Shown here piece by piece: positions 42,305 through 54,289 of a stretch of DNA of 64,000 nt (within the stretch, counting starts at the first letter, position 1; the number at the start of each line of letters is the position of its first letter). This stretch comes from Octopus sinensis (lineage: Eukaryota): assembly GCF_006345805.1 (NCBI RefSeq), contig NC_043007.1, positions 77,190,001 through 77,254,000 on the forward strand, written 5' to 3'. Below the pieces are notes generated by a model. That model saw nothing but the letters and a program-made list of their open reading frames with translations. It ran no database searches and had not been told where the DNA came from. The translations under genes were made by a program, and so were the position numbers.

Positions 42305-42347
42305 CCACTACAATTGTTTCTTGTCTTGATCGACAATCTTCAGGTGG
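42305..42347 (-). ncRNA. Minimal type-I hammerhead ribozyme with an intact consensus, in an AT-rich element ~42130-42645
   Basis: Reverse complement: CCAC-CTGAAGA-TTGTC-GATCAA-GACAA-GAAA-CAATTG-TA-GTGG. Stems I and II are perfect, stem III is palindromic and the cleavage triplet is GUA. Confidence 0.85.
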
Positions 42348-42650
42348 ACTTCCAATCTAAATATCAATATTTTAAAATAAAAAATAATATTTTAAAATAA
42401 TTAAAGTATGAATGAAAAAATATAAATATATAATCCATATAAACCTATGTATAATCCTAATTAATCAATATATCAAACAATATATAAAAAAAATAAACCT
42501 ATCAACAATTAAATATAAAATAAAAATATAAAATATAAAACAAAACAAAAAAATAATAATAATATAATAATAAACTAATATACACCCATACACATATACC
42601 TAATTATTATAACCATATAACTACATACACTAAATCACACCCCTATATAT

Positions 42651-43174
42651 GTTTTTTGAAAGTAATGGTTTTCTGATTGCAGCCCTCCTGTGAAATCCGG
42701 CTTTGTGCAGCTCCCGGCGAACAGTTTTTGTGAAAACTGGCTTCTCAAGGTGATCATTAAGCTCTGCAGTGATTTTGAGAGCTGTACTTTTATGATCCTT
42801 TCTAAACAATTTGCATAAGAATCCGACGGTCCCTATCTGAAAGTGTTGGTTTTCTTCCGGAGTTTGTTTCGACGAGGAAGGTTTTTCCCTCTTTCTCAAA
42901 AGCTATCATTACTTTTCGGCTGTTTTTGTTACGCTAGCGACTGCGATACGAGCACTAATAATCTGACCTCTTTGAAAGTCCGATAGATCTGTCATTTTAA
43001 TGAATCTTATTTACCTTTTTCTGATGATATCTGAAAAGAAACAGCAATTTTTGTAAAACATTAAACAACACTAATAATAAATCAAAAAACATAAAAATAA
43101 ACAAGCTTTTGAAAGTTCTATAGATATTTCAAAATTATGATGCTAAGTATTACCATTATTTTGTTCAACCCCTG
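42651..43174 (-). mobile_element. Truncated second copy (left half) of the Tc1-type element
   Basis: Reverse complement starts TA|CAGGGGTTGAACAAAATAATGGTAATAC. Encodes MTDLSDFQRGQI...KTVRRELHKAGFHRRAAIRKPLLSK with frameshifts. Confidence 0.92.
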
Positions 43175-43675
43175 TATGTATGTATGTATGTATGTATGTA
43201 TGTATGTATGTATGTATGTTTGTATGAATGTATGTATGAATGCATGCATACATGTATATATCTTAATATATCAACTTCTTGCTATCTATGTACATGTAGT
43301 ATATAGAAACACATATAAAAAATGTATGTATCTAAGTGTGCAAATGTATATATTCCTGCATGTATATGTACGTGTATATATATACGTATAACTATGTGAG
43401 TGTATGTCGGTGTGTCTGTGTATATGTGTGACATGTACCTCAGAGAGTTGAAGAACCTGTAGGCGATTCTCTGAGTAATACGGAAGTCCATTACCATGGA
43501 CCAGATGGAGTTCTGGTTTTGAACTTTCTTTGGTCCGGTAGAGGGAAGATAAATGGAAGTTATTCCTGTCTATATATAAACACTCAAACGGGAAAAGCAC
43601 ATGGAAACAGTCTGTGAAAAAGATAAAACGAAAAAAATTATCACATATTTTTTAACGCATGTTCACCACATGTCT

Positions 43676-43753
<78 letters not shown>

Positions 43754-43835
43754 GTCTGTCTATGTATCTATCTATCTATCTACCTATCAATGCATCTCAC
43801 TCTCTCACGGTCTCTCTTCCCTCTCTATATACACG

Positions 43836-44650
43836 TATGAGTGTGGCGTGGTTCACAGGCTGACTAAGGAGTTATCATATAGTAATTAAACTTGGCATGC
43901 ATTAAATGCAACTTTTACTGATGCTAGCCGTATTTTTTCTGTCCTGATAAATCCACATTAGATACAGAATTGAAGACTTGGAAAAGTTGTGCTAGAGATG
44001 TTTCGTGAAAATGGATAAAATTTGGCACCGCGGTGTTATCAAATATCTACAGAAAAGGGGGTTAGCCCCCAAGGACATTCATGCTAACATAGTTTCTAGA
44101 TGAGGGGATGATGCTCCAGCTTTATCAACTGTGCAAAAGCGGGTAGCTGAATTCAAGAGGGGTAGGGAGAGTCTTGAACATGACTAAAGATTCCGACATC
44201 CTGTCACAGCCACAACCCAAGAAATTGACCGTGTTCATCACATGGTGACGGATGACAAACGTTTACATGTTATTCAGACGAAGGAGGTCTTGTTTCATCA
44301 GGACAATACTCCGGCACACAAGACTGTGGTTGCAATGGCTGCTGTGCGCCACTGTGGCTTTAAACTAGTAGATCACTCTCCATATTCTATGATATGGAAC
44401 CATCTGACTATTTTCTCTTCCCCAACATGAAAAAAACATTTGGCTGGGAAGCAGTATCGGACCGATGATGAGGTCATATCTGCTGTTGAGATCTTTCTTG
44501 AAGGTCAGGATGAGAGCTTCTATACCACGGGAAACCAAGTGATGCAACACTGATGGAAGAAGTGTATGGACCCTACGTCGAAAAATCAAACATATTTGGT
44601 CGAGTTCGACCATTGCATCGTATTCAGCTTAGGGACTTTTAGTCCACCCT
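43836..44650 (+). mobile_element. Decayed mariner element with an internal deletion
   Basis: Transposase remnant inside. The termini are only loosely complementary, so boundaries are approximate. Confidence 0.8.
44011..44585 (+). pseudogene. Mariner (DDD-type) transposase pseudogene
   Basis: MDKIWHRGVIKYL...STVQKRVAEFKRGRESL fused directly to VLFHQDNTPAH...HSPYS/PSDYFLFPNMKKHLAGKQY. Contains stops and frameshifts, and the region with the first catalytic D is missing. Confidence 0.88.
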
Positions 44651-44940
44651 TTTTGTCCACCATTTTGTCATCTGTGATTTTATTTTTGATCTTCTATATA
44701 AATGAAGATATTTCCTCCGTCTGGTTGTTTTTCTTGCTACAAAACGGAAAGTTACATTGCGGAACAGTCATTTAACGATTTGTATTTATTTATCACCCAA
44801 CGAGATACATCACCGGATACTCCAGAACCAGTTGTTGAGTGTCCCACCCAAGAGCAATCGATGCTAGATGTGCGGAAACATGTCGTGATTAATAATAAAT
44901 TTCCGTATATTCCATCATCTGTCTTTCATTTGTTCTCTCT

Positions 44941-44980
<40 letters not shown>

Positions 44981-45190
44981 TTCTATATATATATATATAT
45001 ATACACACACACCACACACAAACAAACATATATATGTATATATTGTATATGCGACGGGCTTCTTTCAGTTTCAGTGAAACAAATCCACTGACAAGGCTTT
45101 CGGCAACCTGCGGCTGTCGTAGAAGATATTTGTTCGGAATACCATGCAACAGAACTGAACCGACAACCATGTAGTTGCGAAGCAAACTTT

Positions 45191-45604
45191 TATTTCTTTA
45201 TTGCCCATAAGGGGCTAAATATAGAGGGGACAAACAAGAATATACAAAGTGGTTAAGTCGATTATATCGACCCCAGTGCGTAACAGGTACTTAATTTATC
45301 GACTCCGAAATGATGAAAGGCAAAGTTGACCCCGGCGGAATTTGAACTCAGAACGTTGCGGCAGACGAAATACCTATTTCCTTACTACCCACAAGGGGCT
45401 AAACACAGAGAGGACAAACAAGGACAGACAAACTGATTAAGTCGAGTATATCGACCCCAGTAAGTAACTGGTACTTAATTTATCGACCCCGAAAGGATGA
45501 AAGGCAAAGTCGACCTCGGCGGAATTTGAACTCAGAACGTAGTGGCAGACGAAGTACCGCTAAGCATTTCGCCCGGCGTGCTAACGTTTCTACCAGCTCG
45601 CCTT
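45191..45604 (-). mobile_element. SINE family N dimer, 184-bp period
   Basis: TATTTC at 45191 and 45375; junction GAAATAC|CTATTTC. Confidence 0.92.
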
Positions 45605-46038
45605 ACCACACAGACACGCCTGCACCTAAACACACACACACATACACACAGATATTCAGACGGACAGAGAGATATATCATGTGCATCTATTGTTATAACA
45701 TTTGTTTCTCGAAACATAAAACTGAAGATCGTTGGCAATGATGTTATGTAATATCAGGTTTGTTTTATGTTAAATATTCTCACAGATTTCATTGAAATTT
45801 CTTGAAGAATATTTCAAGTTGTCTGTTTATTTTACAACTGAAGTAAAATTATATCCAGTTGTACTGCAACACATATTGTTGCGATATAAGCGCTCATTAT
45901 ATATTGCTAACACCTTTCCTCTATCCCTCTCTCTCCCCCAATCGGTTTGGCTGTGTATGCATATGTGTGTATATCTATCTGTCTATCTATCTATCTACAC
46001 ATACTCACACACAAATATATATATGTATGTGCATACAT

Positions 46039-46082
<44 letters not shown>

Positions 46083-46320
46083 TATATATATGCCTTAGTA
46101 GATAAAATTATATATGCAAGCATATATATACACGTGTATGTGTATACTTTTATATATGTATGATAACACGTGCATATGCTTAGTACTAAAATTTTTTGCC
46201 TCACACGCATACATACCCATATATAAACATAAAGTTATACATTTTGCAGTATATAAATGTGTGTGCATGAGAGTGTGAGCGTGTGTGTGCTTATATACAT
46301 ATACATACATACATAAATAC

Positions 46321-46354
<34 letters not shown>

Positions 46355-46495
46355 ATATATATAGGTATGTATATATGTATATATATATATAGTATATATA
46401 TATGTCTATATACATGTATATATATATATTATAAGAATATATTTATATATATGTTTATATATATATAAGTATATATATATATATATATATATATA

Positions 46496-46550
<55 letters not shown>

Positions 46551-46863
46551 TATATATATATATATATGGATGCATTATATATATATATATTATTATATAC
46601 CCCCACACATATCTGTATGTATGTATATTTGTTTTTGTGTGTATAACAACGTTTATACTAACATTTGTTGTAGCTTTATCTGTTTCTCACCAGTCGCACA
46701 CATCTCCTTCATAGATAGCCCCCGAAACCTTAATGTCAAAACCACACTAGCATACAGCTGCGGAACACATTTGCATTTTTTGCTTTTCAAATTATTTCAC
46801 ATCCTACATTCCCAGTGCACGTGAATAAATTTCCTTGTGTAACATAAGCAAACATTTGCCATA

Positions 46864-46865
<2 letters not shown>

Positions 46866-46901
<36 letters not shown>

Positions 46902-47116
46902 CATACCTATACACATACGTAGACACACACACACACATACGTACGCACACTCATGCATACGCACATCATAGAATGTTACTCTCACAAACACAAACATACA
47001 CACACACACACACACACACATGTACATACCTATACACATACGTAGACACACACACACACATACGTACGCACACTCATGCATACGCACATCATAGAATGTT
47101 ACTCACACAAACACAA

Positions 47117-47120
<4 letters not shown>
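46866..47120. repeat. Near-identical ~123-bp tandem duplication
   Basis: ATGTACATACCTATACACATACGTAGAC...CATAGAATGTTACTC at 46897 and 47020, bounded by (CA)n. Confidence 0.9.
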
Positions 47121-47161
<41 letters not shown>

Positions 47162-47334
47162 CACACACTCACACACGCATACAGACAAACATACAAAGGG
47201 AAAATTCTCCTGAAGATGTTTAGTTATGTATCAGGACATGGCTTGACGAAATCCAAAATGGCCGCTATCTATATAACCTGAATTTCAAAGAGCTGACAAG
47301 GAGCCTGAGTGTGGTCGTTGAACCGAATTCAGTC

Positions 47335-47595
47335 TTTTATATTTTATTTTTATATATTATGCTGGTTTCAGCCAGAGGTTGAGGTCATGCTGGAGCACCG
47401 CCTTTCAGTGTGTTTGGGTTTCTTTTCTGTCTCTTTCTACTGAAATAGCGAGTTGGACCGAGCTGCTCTTTGTAGTGCCTTCTACCACGATCTGGGTTCA
47501 TCTGGTATCTCACACAGAAATTTGTCCAGATGCTCTTTGAAGACCTCCACATCTACACCTCACAAGTCTCTGAGGTTATTTAGCAGCATGTTGAA
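47335..47595 (-). mobile_element. 3' end of a CR1/L2-like LINE
   Basis: Translates FNMLLNNLRDL*GVDVEVFKEHLDKFLCEIPDEP...RAARSNSLFQ, followed by the tail GGCGGTGCTCCAGCATGACC. Confidence 0.8.
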
Positions 47596-47599
47596 CTGC

Positions 47600-47759
47600 G
47601 CAGACGCGGCTGTGTGGTAAGAAACTTGCTTCCCAACCACATTGTTCCGGATTCAGTCCCACTTCGTGGCACCAAGGGCAAGTGTCTTCAACTATAGCCA
47701 CGGGACGAACAAAAGCTTGTGAGTGGATTTCGTAGACGGAAACTGGAAGAAGCTCGTCG

Positions 47760-47815
<56 letters not shown>

Positions 47816-48030
47816 TGTGTGTGTGTGTATTTGCGTGTCTCTGTTTGTCCCCCACGATCGATTGCCAACCAATGTTGGCGTGTTTACGTCCTGTAACACA
47901 GAGGCTCGGCAAAAGTGACCTGTAAAATAGGTACTAGGATTACAAATAATAAGTCCTGGGATCGATTTGTTCGACGAAAGGCGATGCTCCAGCATGACCT
48001 CATGACTGAAACAAGTAAAAAAGAGATAAA
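47600..48030 (+). mobile_element. SINE family M copy
   Basis: Head, internal TA/TATG/TG tract and tail all present. Confidence 0.88.
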
Positions 48031-48124
48031 AGGAAAACAGCTGTGCTCCCATCAAACTAAAAGAAGCTGTTGCGGTACTGGTTCCTTATTCTTGACGGAG
48101 AAGACAGAATCTTTGTGTTCGTTT

Positions 48125-48460
48125 GTCTTTTATCTCTTGCCTGTTTCAGTCTTTAGGCTACGGCCATGCTGGGGCACCGCCTTGATAAAATTTTTGTCGA
48201 ATGAATCGACTCCAGTGCTTATCTTTTTTTAACTCTGACATTTATTCTATTAGTCGCTTTCACCGAGCCACCAAGTTACGGGGCTGTAAAAACACCAACA
48301 CCGGTTGGCGAGGGTTTGTGGGGAACAAACATAGACACAAAGACACATATGCACACACACACACACACACACACCACACACACACACATACACATACACA
48401 CACACTCGCGCATTCACACACATAGCTAGCTAGTTATCTAAGAATCTAAGAAGCTAGATG

Positions 48461-48512
<52 letters not shown>

Positions 48513-48668
48513 TCGACAGGTTTTTTTAGTTTCCATCTACCAGACTCACAAGGCTTTAGTCGGGCCGGTACTACAGTAAAAGTCACTCGTCCAAGGTGCC
48601 ACGCAGTGGGACTGAACCCGGAACCATGTAGTTGGGAAGCAAACTACTAACCACACAGCCACGCCTGC
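48125..48668 (-). mobile_element. SINE family M copy with internal (CA)n and (GATA)n
   Basis: Tail at ~48125-48345 and head at ~48515-48668; inverted relative to the 47600 copy. Confidence 0.82.
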
Positions 48669-49271
48669 CAATATTTCTGCAACATCGCCCGATATTGTAA
48701 CTGCTATAAGGCAACAAATTTTTTCAACCTTAACATATTCACAGATTTGCCCCCATCTCTAAATTCTACGGGCCTTCTTTCTATAAGGCTGTAGTATTTC
48801 AGGCATCAAGCATTATTAACTATAAAGTTTGTCCAAAATTCGTAGAAATTCTTGGAAAATAATGGTCTTTATTTTGAGGAATAATTTTTGTTGTTTTTGT
48901 TAGTACTTGGCGAGTAAAAATTCAACTTTCGCAAGTGTTTACGAACATTTGGGACAACCTAATATTTGCATTTCTTTAAACATTTTTCTTAACGCTGGTG
49001 CCCAGGTGTCCAAGGCGTATGTGTGTCCAATATCACATTCCTCTGAAAGAGAAGCTTTTCTGTTATATTTGTCTCTTATATTTTCCACGTGTTGGAAAAT
49101 ATGCGCATATTTAAACTTGGGACTACAGATCAAAATAACCTTCATCCTACATCCACTTCGCGGCAGAATTATCAACTAAGAAATCTACTATAATGTAAGA
49201 CTCAACATTCTTTGTCCATATTCTCGTTACCAATGTATCCTTATGTCTTTCGCTCTTCATACCTCTACGTA

Positions 49272-49508
49272 TACCTATTTCTTTACTACCCACAAGGGGC
49301 TAAACACAGAAGGGACAAACAAGGACAGACAAACGGATTAAGTCGATTATATTGACCCCAGTGCGTAACTGGTACTTATTTAATCGACCCCGAAAGGATG
49401 AAAGGCAAAGTCGACCTCGGTGGAATTTGAACTCAGAACGTAGTGGCAGACGAAATACGGCTACGCATTTCGTCCGGCGTGCTAACGTTTCTGCCAGCTC
49501 GCCGCCTT
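49272..49508 (-). mobile_element. SINE family N full-length copy with apparent TSD
   Basis: TACCTCTACGTATACC at ~49260-49275 recurs at ~49508-49523. Confidence 0.9.
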
Positions 49509-49829
49509 ACCTCTACGTATACCACTGCATTCTGATGATATCTACCACTACAACTGGTAAACAGAGACGATCGAAAATGAACTATTACTACCAATTTTCT
49601 TTCTTAATTAATTAAATTAATGGCTTACGAGCGCAAACGACCAATGTCCTCCTGTTATTTTTCCTCCATTTTCTTCTTGCATATAATCTAAACTACGATT
49701 TCCCTGACCTGCTACCGTATACCTTTTACCAAGGACTGTACCTACGCAGGTAATCACCAGGAACGCCTTTGGATTTAACCATCCCTTAGATGTTTTAGAC
49801 ACCTCTTATACATATATATATATATATAT

Positions 49830-49965
49830 CCGACGAAGAGCTCCGCTCGAGACGTTAAACCCTCCTTCTTTCCTTCTTTTCTAAGCGTCCAATAATACTA
49901 TATTTGTTCCACGTCCTCGCGTTGTTGTTTTTTTTTGTGCTTTCTTGTTTGGATTAACTTTATAT
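49830..49965 (+). mobile_element. Short (TA)n-flanked element starting with a degenerate minimal hammerhead
   Basis: CCGACGA-A-GAGC-TCC-GCTC-GAGA-CG-TT is two substitutions from CUGACGA...GAAA. Confidence 0.5.
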
Positions 49966-49984
49966 ATATTCTTTTATTCTTTTC

Positions 49985-50382
49985 TTTTATTCTTTTACTT
50001 GTTTCAGTCATTTGACTGCGGCCATGCTGGAGCACCGCCTTTAATCGAGCAACTCGACCCCGGGACTTATTCTTTTGTAAGCCCAGTACTTATTCTATCG
50101 GTCTCTTTTGCTGAACCGCTAAGTAACAGGGACATAAACACACCAGCATCGGTTGTCAAGCAATGCTAGGAGGACAAACACAGACACAAGCACACACACG
50201 CATATATATATATACATATATACGACGGGCTTCTTTCATTTTCCGTCTCCAAATCCACTCACAGGCTTTGGTCGGCCGAGGCTATAGTAGAAGACACTTG
50301 CCCAAGGTGCCACGCAGTGGGACTGAACCCGCAACCATGTGGTTGGTAACAAGCTACTTACCACACAGCCACTCCTGCGCCT
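49985..50382 (-). mobile_element. SINE family M copy (well conserved)
   Basis: Very similar to 40449-40846. Confidence 0.92.
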
Positions 50383-50609
50383 ATATATATATATATATAT
50401 ATAATACAAGATCCTGTCTTCTTCATCAGAATAAGAGCCAGTACTGCAACAGCTTCTTTTAGTTTCATGGGACCACAGCTTTTATCTTTTTCCTTTTTTT
50501 TACTTGTTTCAGTCATTTCGACTGCGGCCATGCTGGACCATCGTGTTTCATCGAACAAATCGACCCCAGGACTTATTCTTTGTAATCCTAGTACCTATTT
50601 AATCCGTCA

Positions 50610-50639
<30 letters not shown>

Positions 50640-50643
<4 letters not shown>

Positions 50644-50877
50644 ATTTTGATTTTGATTTTTCCAGTTTCAGCTTATGAGCTGTGGTCATGCTGGGGCACC
50701 GCCATTTGGTGTTGCTACTTGGTTTCACTTCATGGAGGCCTTCTAGCAGCTGCTATTTGGTGCATGAGAGAGTTCGATGCAGCTGCCCTCATCTGCCCCT
50801 CCTGCCGTGAAGTTGGTTCATCTGGGACACCTGACAGGAAGAGATCCAGCTTCATTTTAAAGACATCTGTATCCACC

Positions 50878-50880
<3 letters not shown>
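50640..50880 (-). mobile_element. 3' end of a CR1/L2-like LINE between (TA)n tracts
   Basis: Translates GVDTDVFKMKLDLFLSGVPDEPTSRQEGQMRAAASNSLMHQIAAARRPP*, then GGCGGTGCCCCAGCATGACCACAGCTCATAAGCTGAAAC and an (AAAATC)n terminus. Confidence 0.85.
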
Positions 50881-50944
<64 letters not shown>

Positions 50945-50954
50945 ATATATATAT

Positions 50955-51352
50955 GTTCTTTTCTTTTTTTCCTTATTTGAGTCATTTGTCTGTAGTCATC
51001 TTGGAGCACCGTTGTAAATGATGTCTCAGTCAAAGAAATCAAACTCAGGTCTTATTCTTTGTATGCATATCGGTTTTCTTTGCCGAACCACTAAGTTACA
51101 GGTACATTAAACACACCAACATCGTTTGTCAACCGATGGTGGGGTAACAAACAGAGACTCGCATACATAAATATACGCATACATATATATACATACAAGG
51201 AGCTTCTCTCAGTTTCCGCCTGCCAAATCCACTCACAAGGCTCTCGGTCAGCCCGAGGCTATAGTTGAAGACACTTGCCCAAGGTGCTCCGTCGTGGGAC
51301 TGAACCGGGAACCATGTGGTTTGGAAGCAAATTTCTTATCACACAGCCACGC
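50955..51352 (-). mobile_element. SINE family M copy
   Basis: Head and tail recognisable, moderately diverged. Confidence 0.82.
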
Positions 51353-51741
51353 TTACTTCTACTTATTAAGCCTTGGGTATTTACCTAGTACTTAGCCGGT
51401 GAAGCACGTTTACCGCTAATGGCTACTTGACGTCATCTACGGCATTTTCACAGTTGGCGCTGGATCTATCACAGAAATTCTCCACATATATAACAAATAA
51501 CAGAATGAAAATGGAACATACGAGAAACTTTATTGCTCACAACGATCGTTTTGCCCCAATTTGAATCGATCCCTCGGGGCTGGGGAACTGTGCAACTGGT
51601 TGTGATGCATCCCTAGGTGCAGAGGTGTTAACCTTTGTACAAGAATGGTGCATCTGTATCTTCACCATCTAACAATTAGGTACATACCCAATGCTTAAAT
51701 AATTACTTACACACACGTACACACACACACAACACACACAC

Positions 51742-51776
<35 letters not shown>

Positions 51777-51823
51777 TTATATATTATATATATATATATA
51801 TATTATATATATATATATATATA

Positions 51824-51868
<45 letters not shown>

Positions 51869-52063
51869 TAATTGAAAATGAAGTTACTTATAAGGATATT
51901 CGAAGGATAACCGATACCTGGGTAGCAAATTCACATCAGAAAGAACACGGTTGAAGCTACGTCCATAGGGCATAGACTACGTGTCTTCGTGCGGAAATTT
52001 GTATGTTTATTTTTAAATTGTAAGTATATGAAAGAATGGAGTTGAACGACTAGGTAACAAATA

Positions 52064-52160
52064 TCCTTTATTCTCGACATATGTTTCGAAGGCTGCATAT
52101 TCCTAATTCCGAAGGAATAAGGAGTACATTATGCAGATTTCTCATCAGGAAAACCAAGGA
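52064..52160 (-). ncRNA. Type-I hammerhead ribozyme with an intact core and long stem II, in a (TA)n-flanked element 51866-52225
   Basis: Reverse complement: TCCTTGGTTTTC-CTGATGA-GAAATCTGCATA...TATGCAGCCTTC-GAAA-CATATG-TC-GAGAATAAAGGA. GUC triplet, predicted cut between 52076 and 52075. Confidence 0.85.
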
Positions 52161-52238
52161 ACTTATGTCGACATCAAAATGCACAAAAAACTTTTAGCTG
52201 ACCGCTCTCAAGGAGCCCATATGCATATATATATATAT

Positions 52239-52269
<31 letters not shown>

Positions 52270-53859
52270 GTATAGTTCAATGGCGGATTTTTAGAGAGAT
52301 TCTGTGTAGAAAATTCACTCGCAAGATAGTTTCCCAAGGTACCGCGCAATGGGCTTGAACCCGAAAGCAAGTGTTGGCAAAACGAGCTTCTTAACCACAC
52401 ATCCATGCTTGTACTGAGTGAAAATATTTTTACAAGAGCCTACAATACCTGACGCTAATCAGACGAGACAAGTAAGCAAGACAGCCAGTCGTGTGTTTGG
52501 CACCGAATCTACTAGCAAATAGCTTAAGTACATAATAATTTCACTAAAACTATTAGCTGAGTCATACTTAACAAACAGCTCGCGTTAAACACATTCATTT
52601 ATCTACAGCTATGCTCACTCCAAATTTCAATAGTAGGTTTACTGTAATTTTTGAGACATCATACAAATAATATCATAAGATATATTATTTAATCTCCGTC
52701 TAGATTTTATTTTCAAAGTCAAGTAACCTAAATAAAGTTTTATTATTTGTCGGTGATATGTTAAATCTTGATTTATTTTGTCTCTTTGTAATGTTTAATT
52801 TTATATATCTAGGAAAATTTACGTATTTTCTTAACGTCTTTCTTCATATTTTCGGCCTTTGTAACACCAATGTTTTGACTGTGGCGGGTCAAATAATATA
52901 ATACATTTAGGTTTTTGGTGTCTGATTGTGTCAATGAAATGTTACGGGTGGAAATATAATCAATATTGCCAAAACAAAAGACGCCTGAAGCCAAAATGGC
53001 ACTCAATTCGTGTCTGATTTCATATTTTTCTTGAGATATTAACTGTTTTCATTACATAAAGCATTAGGTACATACATATGTATGTACATACGTGTTTATG
53101 TATGTATGTATGTATGTATGTATGTATGTATGTATGTATGTATGTACGTATGCATTTATGTATGTATGTAGGTAGGTAGGTAGGTAGGTAGGTAAGTGTG
53201 TATTCATGTATGTATGCAACTATATACAAGGTTACATATGTGTGTATATCTGCCTGTATATATTTGGTTCCCTCTCCCTCATTCTATTCCCCTCTCTCTA
53301 TCTACCTATCTATCTACCTCTCTATCTTTCTATCTTTATATATATCCACACATACACACATATATACACAGATATACCTATATACATACATATATATATA
53401 TATATCTACATACACACACACATATATGTATATATGAAGAGAGAAAGAGAGAGAGAGAGAGATGTAGATATGTTTATATATATAAATGTATACATATATG
53501 CATACATTTATACATACATATATATAAAATGCACACACATTTATATATACATTATATACGTGTATACATATATATATATATAATATATATACACACAAAC
53601 ATATATATATATATATATACATACACACACATATGCATATATATACACACACTCATATACATATGTATGCATGTATGTATGTATGTATGTATGTATGTAT
53701 GTATGTATGTATGTGTGTATGTATGTATGTATTGCATTCTTGTATGCACAATATATTCGTGCGTTTGTGCCTACATATGTATATACATAGTTTCGTTCTA
53801 ATGACATTCACAGTCTGTCTATATCTTATTATTTCAGGAAAGTTTTTAAGTTAGAAGGC

Positions 53860-54280
53860 CGTTTTGATGATTGTTTTAGACATTAGGAATTTCGATTGGA
53901 GTTGTGTATATAAATTAGTCTACACTTTCATGCAAGCATCAGCAGAATATATTTGTGTTTTTAGGACCGATAGTTGCTTGTATTGAATACTAATATTTAC
54001 AGAATGATAAATCTTGAAAAGAGCTACTGAATTGATGCTAAGAACAAAATGAAAGGAAAGACGATGTAATCATAACATCTGTGTTTCTAATCCAAACGTA
54101 TGAAAACATGACCCATGTGTGATGAACTGGAATAACGATATTGAGTTCTATGTAGTTCAGGGTGGGTATTTGAAGTGAAATATGGAAGTGTATCAAGAAA
54201 TAGTGTTTCAAATTTTGGACTGGAACAATTACAGCTTCTTTGAATGGAGGTAGCAAATCGATTTTCCATCGAACTCCTTC
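53860..54280 (-). mobile_element. Decayed Penelope-like remnant (RT-EN linker)
   Basis: Fragments LPPFKEAV, FTSNTHPELH and YSSSSHM follow the order of the PPF..V / F...H.LH / SYSC..N motifs. Confidence 0.35.
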
Positions 54281-54289
54281 TATTACTTA

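Noticed and set aside
51525-51595. Minus-strand GCCCC/GGGGC stem followed by AAAA-CGATCG-TT and AATAAA
   Set aside because: It resembles a hammerhead 3' half, but there is no CUGANGA and G12 is lost.
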